Assembly: GCA_048882485.1 (NCBI GenBank)
Contig: JBHLRP010000001.1
Span: forward strand, 192,001 to 256,000
Direction of reading: 5' to 3'
DNA length: 64,000 nucleotides
From: Candidatus Thorarchaeota archaeon
GTDB lineage: Archaea; Asgardarchaeota; Thorarchaeia; Thorarchaeales; Thorarchaeaceae
Part shown: positions 31,701 through 38,183 of the stretch, piece after piece
Position numbering within the stretch: the stretch's first letter is position 1
Layout of the letters: every line of letters begins with the position of its first letter
Translations under genes and position numbers: made by a program
Notes under the pieces: generated by a model
The model's database searches: none
The model's input: only the letters and a program-made list of their open reading frames with translations
Told to the model about the DNA's origin: nothing

Positions 31701-33882
31701 AGGGACTCTAAATTGGAGCTACAGCTCCACTGACCCGTTGTACTCCGTCACTACAGGTGATCTGACTGGTGATAGTATTCCAGAGATTGTATTCACGGAT
31801 GAGCTGGGATTCATCTACGTGATTAATACCACTGCTGATTTGTTGAACACCATCTCAACAGCTGGCACCATCATCTTTTCACCGTTGATTGGGAACTTCA
31901 CAGAAGCCCCGGACCCACAACTTGCATTTCTGACCGTAAATGAAACAATAGTAGTGATGAATCCGTTAAATGGAAGCTTATACTACAAGAGTCTCGATAA
32001 TACAGCCACTCCCTATGCATCGATTGTGGCTCATGACTTCAATAATGACGGCTATGAGGATCTTGTGTATGTCTGGGAAGAAGTCCACATCCTAGATGTG
32101 AACAATGGCTCTGTCTATTATAATGGAACGACCGACATAGGCTTCGCTCACGAGTTCTATGTCTATGACTTCGATGGAGACAATTCCACAGAGATACTGA
32201 CGTTGACGCTCGATCAAGGTCTTTACCTAGAGGAGGTCGAATCTGGAAGTCTCCAATGGCACTACAATATTGAAACAGAGAATCATGTCATATGGGATCT
32301 GGGATTCGGAGATGCAGGCGGTAGCGGAGAGCTTGACATCTTTGCGGTCGCCTCTGAATACCTAGGTGACGTGGGATTTGCTGTTGCGATAGACGGAAAG
32401 AATGGCATACCGATTTGGTTCAACTTCACTGGCGGTGATTTAGGTGAGGTGGTTGGAGCGAAGCTACAGTTAGGAGGTTATGACTCACTCGTGGCTTGGG
32501 ATATGCAGAATGAGAAGCTTATAGCTGTTTCCGCAGTAGAGCCAATAGGTCTCATCGTTCCTCCTGCCTATGAAAACCACGAGAAGTACTGGGAAATGGG
32601 AGTCAATGGGATTTACGGTGTCTGGGTTGATGACATCTACGGCGATTCTCTCGAAGAGATTATCGTGACAGGACGAGCCACGGACGGAACCTATAATCTA
32701 GCACTAATTGATGGGTCGACAATGGCAGTCAGATGGAACATCACATTAGGCTCCAAGATACTGGATGTCCAGATAGGCCATATCAGCAATTGGGCCACCA
32801 AAGATTTGGCGGTTCAATCGGGCCTGAAAGAGGTCTACATAATTGATGGGCAAAGTGGAGGAATCTTGCTTCAGTATAACACCCCTGATACTCATGAAGT
32901 GAGAGGAATTCGTGTTGCTGATTTCAGCGACGCAGCAGGCAATGACTATGAGGAGTTAGCAATCTTACTCCGCCAGTGGTCCGGAGGAAGTGACGTGCAC
33001 ATAGAATGGTATGATGAGGTTGGCAATTTGCTTTACAAAACGACGGACGGATTCACATCCACAACTGCTTCGTATCATATTGCGGTAGGCAACTTTCAAG
33101 GAGCATCAACAGCGGACATAGCTATGGGCGGTTCAACATTTCCAGCTCGAATCTACAGAGGAGATACGGGCGGGTTCTTCACGGCCATGCCAGGAACATC
33201 AACCTATGGCCTTGCGGCGGGAGATTTCAATGGAGATGGAGCAGGTGATTTGGCTGTCATGGATTCCGGATCTGACATCCGCATGTTCGAGTTTGTAGGA
33301 GGAGGAAGCTTCAATCTAGCTTTCGATACTGGGACAGTAAGGGAATTCTTTGCAGCAGATCTCTATAACAATGATAGCGTGGATGAAGTGGTTGTCAATC
33401 TCGAGAGGGAAGGTGCAATCGCCTTTAGCTTCACTGGAAATGAGGTTTGGAGGTATGATGCACCGCTCGTCATCGGTGGAAAGGACACACACATCGTTGG
33501 AAAGGATATGAATGCAGATGGATGGACCGATTTGGTGTTGACCAACAGAGAATACATCAACGTTGTAGATGGATCAACAGAGCGTCTTCTGTGGCATTAT
33601 TGGAAGAGCGATCTCACTACAAATTGGAATCCAAGTGTTGGGTACATGTACAGCACAAAAAGCCGTGATGTTGTCTGCTTTGGTTCGGACATCTTGTACA
33701 CTGTCGCTCACGATACAAATGCTCCAGCGTTACCACCTCTGTTACTCTCTCAAGCAGATGCTGGACTCGAAATGCTTGAAGCCGCTTTACTTGCGGGTTT
33801 CATATGTCTGCCCATTCTAATGGCCATAACCCCGCCTGCAAGAGTGTCTTGGGCTCGTCGGAAGCGAAAGGAAATAGAATAG
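25783..33882 (+). CDS. Giant FG-GAP/VCBS-repeat (integrin-alpha-like) multi-beta-propeller surface protein with a C-terminal TM anchor
   Basis: True start is likely the GTG at 25783: SD GGAGGTG at 25770-25776, 1 nt after the upstream stop, followed by signal peptide KLKLLTVSIIALFVVSAF. About 20 or more D-x-D/N-x-D-G-x-x-D/E-hydrophobic motifs (e.g. GDIDGDGNGELIVG, GDFNGDGAGDLAV). C-terminal TM followed by RRKRK. Confidence 0.88.
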   Translation: MKLKLLTVSIIALFVVSAFSVIPSTPLLGTHTMPTAADETPIGWEDLTPDIQAKVSEMFAPTVQTMPSDQDIGQVLGDRVNDYKLNYEPWRSKAAIHAIAYDEGTGFLAMGGGYLYDNQIHIFRLNTETQLWDKVWDTGDSVFQSDVMALDFADTDLNNFIEIIAGCSDGFVYVFEQRHLYDPYANTENQFDHVWTSPDMFRVFALKVDDVDRDYRPDIIAGGWDGKLHLFEYDNHSGYPFVEEHWITYDEVATLEVGEKIYSLETGDTNYNGLPEIVCGSRDGTVYVFENDGITIMINGQPFPLIYDNHYYLNWTSENYTWTPIQSMAVGELDGTPGDEIVMVAQGQGVFTLEWNPLRKTYDYQKVYRGFKPWETFGFWQLDNYVDRMIYAHNVTYHDPVNPGIIENEPIQYVWNEILEIFEPDASVYPYNSGMAGPVHLPGGGIDANFSRFNAFLVGVDNATAILDFGLDEEGTGGANSYDDMLVYFKSGTDMSHLQYDFWLYISQDGTDWELVSSEYYNPVGNILGVDVDDVLSPRKWDWFRYVKIMVNNSAYYEVNGIELVQVYNTLTDALSVTVGPLRLDGLSYLQGLEEPIKVLVGSVTGEINAIMYNDTTHEYEVIYDSGDDSFYTFGANIWDMVYVGNEPDVPTWNWQYGMAWPSDFGTTYNSWSYANLDPWLWGSSTFNYLMGTNEGQVRAFTVPDVVPIASEPVIDVTTQSYFNNINVELPLDGWVNVSVEAPLFVNELEVANPYSIWPFIAMGVLNPSIPIESIPLTAEEGSPSRASIVFYYRDSEISNFNHRIDLYEVDTTGELTELINLAKAEPKLDFADFDNDGDLDFAVSNGYVYMARNMWYETGVMNFTYVRGYFDKINSKETSKVWGQPEMVDIDSDGDLDIIMSYANSMGATCWINDGTSEVPIWVEDKKIMSNPLPETNMKYQNFTDVRIVPKIGGYTSGYTLERWYEFWGWDMDFDWTLAGYREYNQRIAWAAPEFDTTESYIVASYPRVAQLDLSLMSGGIDGLELYSNIGFHVHESWSNDADLEEWTLSITTGDIDGDGNGELIVGDYDNNVYAFEHLANNTYKRMFRSFDLNHSEVTDISPYLYEELEGISGEFNRKIWDHAKHLVADVDLDQDGYKEIIVASNLQIYVFEDEGLYGGDLLTFQYSIDLRESNWATRTPFVNDVTEITAMAAGDDLDYNGELELAVAAGPYLLIYNIPVGSFEGFEDKEYFVTSPGLEGRYFLVGNPEFSDFRYYYINAMVLCDTDKDGYREVLIGGINDTRLVRQNGFVTLYECQGGTFYEAWHAPPEVTYWNPVSVLALDDQDMDGSQEIVIGHTNGFDLWEWIPGTDSQYQKVEYVTASPNYPKVPLRTSYHSSDSLLNSALTNRSINDLAHGVYGIQENWTLMVYENGQEIWWKWYSEVDDVWTPGAKWMDLAGLAYTGNLSNIVSEIRPSVLIPGNGDIYASWEAYDSGGQHYIALSWGDVSAGVWHGPILWPDTYGIQPIGTTFYDRYYPSLFEYDSTHIGIVFMYDAWNIFTGNVYGRVGAAYINEDLSGGWANNHPNFNDRTYYQVHDVDVVELNDGDFAIAMSAVYTRAGKADHDIWVVVGNNEFNFTETNPHQATTSYDDEMFASIDELKSEEHAIVVAYESIGVELEDRLGMVSSKTKGREWSYQETLNTIPEYIERTEMPGGYVYYSLKGSPIKIYQLSIFSPSVLASDGAGFMYTATFSYRLYLPPGMVSDKGFWIAVHDIVYGRNPQSDWALNHLRDVIDLDVGDTDSDGRREVVVGFENQVGVYEMKRSTNGTDFMSHEEAWLSNPFDNPVTGVTVYDTNGNGWEEIGVSSERGDVYIYEYLDPSEGAVNLKYSQQAWTYSTYGDQDPLFDGLLYPDLMQAYDLDQDGRDEIILASYQLGIIQAIDEFGSQIWENADDVFDGFSSIILSDLYADGLPEIIATSKDGNLYVFNIQTGTLNWSYSSTDPLYSVTTGDLTGDSIPEIVFTDELGFIYVINTTADLLNTISTAGTIIFSPLIGNFTEAPDPQLAFLTVNETIVVMNPLNGSLYYKSLDNTATPYASIVAHDFNNDGYEDLVYVWEEVHILDVNNGSVYYNGTTDIGFAHEFYVYDFDGDNSTEILTLTLDQGLYLEEVESGSLQWHYNIETENHVIWDLGFGDAGGSGELDIFAVASEYLGDVGFAVAIDGKNGIPIWFNFTGGDLGEVVGAKLQLGGYDSLVAWDMQNEKLIAVSAVEPIGLIVPPAYENHEKYWEMGVNGIYGVWVDDIYGDSLEEIIVTGRATDGTYNLALIDGSTMAVRWNITLGSKILDVQIGHISNWATKDLAVQSGLKEVYIIDGQSGGILLQYNTPDTHEVRGIRVADFSDAAGNDYEELAILLRQWSGGSDVHIEWYDEVGNLLYKTTDGFTSTTASYHIAVGNFQGASTADIAMGGSTFPARIYRGDTGGFFTAMPGTSTYGLAAGDFNGDGAGDLAVMDSGSDIRMFEFVGGGSFNLAFDTGTVREFFAADLYNNDSVDEVVVNLEREGAIAFSFTGNEVWRYDAPLVIGGKDTHIVGKDMNADGWTDLVLTNREYINVVDGSTERLLWHYWKSDLTTNWNPSVGYMYSTKSRDVVCFGSDILYTVAHDTNAPALPPLLLSQADAGLEMLEAALLAGFICLPILMAITPPARVSWARRKRKEIE

Positions 33883-33958
33883 GTGTGCTCGGAAATTGGC
33901 CTTGCCATAGGGTGATGGCGAGGCCACTGTTCTTTTGAAAATGAACACGCCCGCTCCT

Positions 33959-34636
33959 TCAATCCAATTCTAAATTAGCGAGCTCAGCCTTGGCCCTCTC
34001 ATTACCCGGGTCAACGGCCAGCGCCGCCTTGTAGAACCTGATTGCATCTTCTTCTTTGCCTAGCTCCATCAGGCAAATGCCTGAATTGAGCAATGGGAAT
34101 GGGTCTCTGGGGCTATAATCGGATGCCTTTCTATAATAGACCAGTGCGTTGTCATAGTCTTCCATCATATGATAGCAGAGACCTATGTTGTTCCATATCT
34201 GTGGGTAGTCTGGCTCGAGTTTCGCTGCTTTCCTATAGTACCTGATGGCATCGTCATACTTCTCCATCTTCCGTAGCGCATTGGCAAGATTGAACCAGGG
34301 CTCGGTGTATTCAGGATCGGCCCGGCAAGCCTGCATGTAGCATTCTGCCGCCTCTTTGAGCTTGCCAGCTGCTTCCAAGGCCTGGCCTTTGTTATTATTT
34401 GCATACTTGTGATTCGGCTCCAGCTCCAAAGCCATGTTACAGCTGTGAACTGCTTCAAGATATCTCCCAAGAGCGATTAGACATGCACCATGGTTGTTCC
34501 AACCCATAGGGTCGCCTGGGCATATTGTGGTATATCTATTGTAACAGGTTAGCGCCTCTTGGAATTCCTGATTTTCAAACAAGCTATTGCATTCTCTGAA
34601 GACTGCTTCACATGACTCAGTCCTCTCATATGGCAA
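33959..34636 (-). CDS. TPR-repeat protein
   Basis: About six 34-aa TPR units (WNNHG, WFNLA, WNNIG); TTG start with a GAGGTGA SD. Confidence 0.92.
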   Translation of the reverse strand: MPYERTESCEAVFRECNSLFENQEFQEALTCYNRYTTICPGDPMGWNNHGACLIALGRYLEAVHSCNMALELEPNHKYANNNKGQALEAAGKLKEAAECYMQACRADPEYTEPWFNLANALRKMEKYDDAIRYYRKAAKLEPDYPQIWNNIGLCYHMMEDYDNALVYYRKASDYSPRDPFPLLNSGICLMELGKEEDAIRFYKAALAVDPGNERAKAELANLELD

Positions 34637-34865
34637 ACACTCTCACCTCAGTCGAGTCTTATCTTGACAACAGCGTATTTGTACATTCCCCTAGTCGTGC
34701 CCACTGACCTGCATGATGAGGCTATGCTGCCGCACAAGCCCCTACCATAGGTGCCTCTGGTGTTGTCCTGTGCCTAGACTTGCTAAAATCTCAAATCACA
34801 ACCTGGCAATTCCAATCCAGCAACTATTATATACTACTATACCGTATTATACATGCAATGCTTAG

Positions 34866-35150
34866 AGTGCGCCACGACTGACACGTATGTTAAGTGGGGG
34901 TTGGGGCGCAGACCAAAACCTTAATGCGGTTACGTGACCAGTTAAGGTGGAGCCACCATACTGTTTATGTAACACATTATGGCTGACTCTATAGCAAGGG
35001 CGCAGCACAACTAATGTGGGTCGGTCTCGGATTCTGGCGTGCGATCCGGACCTCGCATATTGCTCCAAAATGAGCTCTATGGAATGTGACGCACAAATCA
35101 TTAGGTGGTGGCGCGGCAAGCGTCATATTGCCCACTTGGGCTGTGCCCAC
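34866..35150 (+). ncRNA. Candidate structured non-coding RNA of unknown family
   Basis: At least six stems in a stretch with no credible ORF. G-U pairs favour the + strand. TATA-like TTATATA and TATTATAC lie just upstream. See findings for pairings. Confidence 0.5.
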
Positions 35151-35235
35151 CTCATTCTTCTTATTGAGTAGAACAAAATGCTAGCTCTTATTAGGGCGAC
35201 CTATGATTAGGCAAGACAACTAGGGGGCCGGGTTT

Positions 35236-36582
35236 ATGGATGATGATATGAACGGCGTTCTTCCTTCCGAGTCAGAGAAGCTGATTGAAGAGGCAAAGAC
35301 AGCGCTTTCGCGCGATCAGTATGCTGTCGCCTACAAGAAAGCTGAGGAGGCAATAGAGATTGAACCTAGTTCGGCAGTTGCTTGGAAAATCCTTGCACAG
35401 GTTGAGGTAGGCCGGAAGAATCTCAATGCAGCGATTAAGGCGTTCAAGAAATCTGTTGAACTGGACTCCGATGACTGGGAGAATTGGAATAACCTCGGTG
35501 CATTATTACTGCATGATGGAAAATCTCAAGAAGCGAAAGGTGCACTTGAAAAAGCTGCGCGACTCAATCCGGGAGATACTGGAGTCACAAACAATCTTTC
35601 CTTTCTCTATGAAAAACTAGGTGAATTAGATAAAGCTGAGAAATTACATCAGGAACTGGTTGAGAGGCGTCCTATGGAATGGACTGCATGGAGCAACATG
35701 GGTGCCTTTTTGATGAAGGTTGGAAGATATGACGAATCTGAGAGTGCCTTAAGAAAAGCTATTGAACTAGGCCCCAAGGAAGACAGTCCTAGAACGAATC
35801 TTGGGTCATTGCAGTATCTTAGAGGCGATACAAGAGGTGCGATTGAAACCCTTACTGCAGCAACGAAGATGAATCCGAAGAGTCAATCAGCAATCTTGCA
35901 GCTTGCCAAAGTCTTGGCCGAAATGCGGAGACTCACTGAAGCTGAGAATCTTTTAACTAGGGCTGAAGAACTTGGCCCTGTGGATCCAGAATTCAAGTTC
36001 TATGTAAGGATGGCTCTTGGACAGCTAATTATGCAGGAAGAGCAGCTGCGAAAGAAAACGAAGCGACATAGCGAAGCATCAACACCATGGATTGAATTGG
36101 GGTGGAATCTTGTTCAGCAAGGGAAGCTAAAGGATGCTGAAAAGATTCTGAAGAAAGCCACGAAGAAGGTTCCACCGAGTGCGGCTGCTTGGTATTATCT
36201 TGCAGGAACTCAGAGTGAGATGGACAAATTGAATGAGTCGGTAATTTCTTTTCGCAAATCATTAGAGCTTGACCCTTCCTTGAACCAAGCACGATTCGAA
36301 TGCGCCAAGGTTCTTACTCGCATGAAGGAAGATGAACAAGCGACGACTCTTCTTCAGGAGGCAGTGAAACTTCAACCAGGCTGGGCTGATGCATGGGGAT
36401 TGTTGGGGACCACACTAGGTGCTCTGGAAAAGTATCAGGATGCACTTGAAGCCTTTGAGAGGCTAAGCAAATTGACGCCTGATGATCCATTTGTCTGGAA
36501 TATGATTTCACTCTCTTATGAGAAGCTTGGGAAGACCAATGAAGCCAAAGAGGCTTCTGCGAAAGCCAGGAAATTGAGATAG
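35236..36582 (+). CDS. TPR-repeat protein
   Basis: About 12 TPR units across 448 aa. Confidence 0.92.
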   Translation: MDDDMNGVLPSESEKLIEEAKTALSRDQYAVAYKKAEEAIEIEPSSAVAWKILAQVEVGRKNLNAAIKAFKKSVELDSDDWENWNNLGALLLHDGKSQEAKGALEKAARLNPGDTGVTNNLSFLYEKLGELDKAEKLHQELVERRPMEWTAWSNMGAFLMKVGRYDESESALRKAIELGPKEDSPRTNLGSLQYLRGDTRGAIETLTAATKMNPKSQSAILQLAKVLAEMRRLTEAENLLTRAEELGPVDPEFKFYVRMALGQLIMQEEQLRKKTKRHSEASTPWIELGWNLVQQGKLKDAEKILKKATKKVPPSAAAWYYLAGTQSEMDKLNESVISFRKSLELDPSLNQARFECAKVLTRMKEDEQATTLLQEAVKLQPGWADAWGLLGTTLGALEKYQDALEAFERLSKLTPDDPFVWNMISLSYEKLGKTNEAKEASAKARKLR

Positions 36583-36840
36583 TTGATTGGATTTCTCAGC
36601 TATGCCCAGCAAAGCAAATCAGGAGAGTAGGCATTCTTGGTGTGAGGGACGCTTATCCCAACCTGAAGAACGCAATTGATGGATGGCAGCAGCGATTTAT
36701 TGAAGAATCAGAAGAATGCAAGTACATTTCAAAATCGCGGAACTAGCCTGCCAGATCTTGGTTTTTCTGCATCCATACATTGATGGAAGTGCTTTTGTAT
36801 AGGCTATGCATCAGCGATTGTTAATGGAGGAGAGATTGCA

Positions 36841-37926
36841 TTGGAAGATGATGTATACAGAGCCCTTCAAGAACACCTGGATAGAACACCTATGGGATTT
36901 CCTCCGGCTGAATCTGGTGCTGACATCCGACTTCTGAAGCGTCTATTTACCCCGGAGGAGGCACGAATTGCCACCTATCTGACCTACTCAACCTACGCTG
37001 TTGACGAATTGGACACAATCTATCGCAGGATGGACCCTGCTAAGACTTCAATCGAGGACCTTGAGGTGGTCTTGGATGGGATGGCAAGTAAGGGACTTCT
37101 ACACTTCAAGTCCGAAGGAGGAAAGAAGTTCTACAACAATGCAAATTGGGTTGTTGGCATTTACGAGTTTCAGGTCAATAGACTGTCAAAGGAACTCCTC
37201 CAGGCAATTGGAGAATACAACGCCGAAGCATATGGCAAGGCATTCTTTAGTGCGCAGCCGACCCAGCTAAGAGTGATTCCTGTCCAGAAGAGCTATACGC
37301 CTGAGAGCCCCGTGGCTCAGTATGACGATGTACGAAGGCTCATTGAAGGCGCAGATGGGCCGTTCATGGTCACTAATTGCATCTGTAGACAATCGCATGC
37401 ACTCAGAGATGATCCATGCAAGGTCACTCAGAGAGAGGAAACATGCATTGGTGCTGGTCCGTTTGCTGAAATGTATCTCAGCTTGGGATGGGGACGGGAG
37501 ATATCCAAGGAAGAGTTGGTTCAGATTATCGATCAGAATGAACAAGAAGGTCTTGTGCTTCAACCCAGCAACTCAGAGAAGATGGAGTTCATGTGTAGCT
37601 GCTGTGGATGCTGCTGTGGACTCCTACGGGGCAAAGGGGCTATGCCAAAACCCATAGAATTCTTCACGACCAACTTCTATTCGGATGTAGACCATGACCT
37701 CTGTTCTCAATGTGGAACCTGTGTTGATCTTTGTCAGATGAAGGCACTGAGTTTCCAAGATGACTTGTTGATGGTCAACCTCGACAGATGCATTGGGTGC
37801 GGTGTCTGTGTCGCAAACTGCCCAGAAGGAGCCATCACTCTAGTAAAACGTGACATGGAATTAAAACCACCAGAAAGCATGGATGAAACATATGTGAAAA
37901 TCTTGAGAAATAGAGCCAGCACATAG
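36841..37926 (+). CDS. Multi-Fe-S protein with an N-terminal wHTH-like domain, a Cys-rich centre and a C-terminal 2x[4Fe-4S] ferredoxin
   Basis: CICR, CSCCGCCCG, CSQCGTCVDLC, CIGCGVCVANCP; TTG start with a GGAGG SD. Confidence 0.85.
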   Translation: MEDDVYRALQEHLDRTPMGFPPAESGADIRLLKRLFTPEEARIATYLTYSTYAVDELDTIYRRMDPAKTSIEDLEVVLDGMASKGLLHFKSEGGKKFYNNANWVVGIYEFQVNRLSKELLQAIGEYNAEAYGKAFFSAQPTQLRVIPVQKSYTPESPVAQYDDVRRLIEGADGPFMVTNCICRQSHALRDDPCKVTQREETCIGAGPFAEMYLSLGWGREISKEELVQIIDQNEQEGLVLQPSNSEKMEFMCSCCGCCCGLLRGKGAMPKPIEFFTTNFYSDVDHDLCSQCGTCVDLCQMKALSFQDDLLMVNLDRCIGCGVCVANCPEGAITLVKRDMELKPPESMDETYVKILRNRAST

Positions 37927-38094
37927 AAGTCATTTTCAGGATGCTTTTGAGCTGTTCAATACATGCAGCATGATGATTGTAACATCCTGTTTATATCTCT
38001 AGATTGCCTTTCCAAGATCTGAGAATTCCAGAGAGTTCCAATGATTGGCTTCCAAAGAGCTATTCTCGGAACCGATGAATTAACCAATATCTTT

Positions 38095-38142
38095 ATATCG
38101 CATTCGATATCACATTCAATATCATATCCGATATTAGATGTC
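38095..38142. promoter_or_regulatory. 12-bp tandem repeat array (putative operator) overlapping the TATA box of the ABC operon
   Basis: ATATCGCATTCG / ATATCACATTCA / ATATCATATCCG / ATATTAGATGTC, directly at TTTATA (38092-38097). Confidence 0.6.
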
Positions 38143-38183
38143 ACCTAGGCAATAGTTGAGAAATCCCTCGGAGGTCTGAAGGC

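Noticed and set aside
11-33882. RGD tripeptides in the three giant surface proteins (e.g. PRGDV, ARGDE, FRGDI, ERGDV, YRGDT) as integrin-ligand motifs
   Set aside because: A few RGDs in more than 7000 Gly/Asp-rich residues could well be chance, and none lies in the TSP3 repeats.
34862-35119. 85-aa minus-strand ORF over the structured element
   Set aside because: No recognisable motif and atypical composition; dense base-pairing on the + strand explains the region better.
34866-35150. Identification as tRNA, SRP RNA or RNase P RNA
   Set aside because: No cloverleaf or TTCGA T-loop, no SRP helix-8 motif, and no GAGGAAAGUCC-like P4 signature.
36600-36747. Short open frame (ILGVRDAYPNLKNAIDGWQQRF...) downstream of the TPR gene
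   Set aside because: No convincing start or recognisable homology; at most a remnant.
37956-38144. 62-aa minus-strand ORF with YDIECDIECDI repeats
   Set aside because: It is a translation by-product of the 12-bp promoter repeat array.
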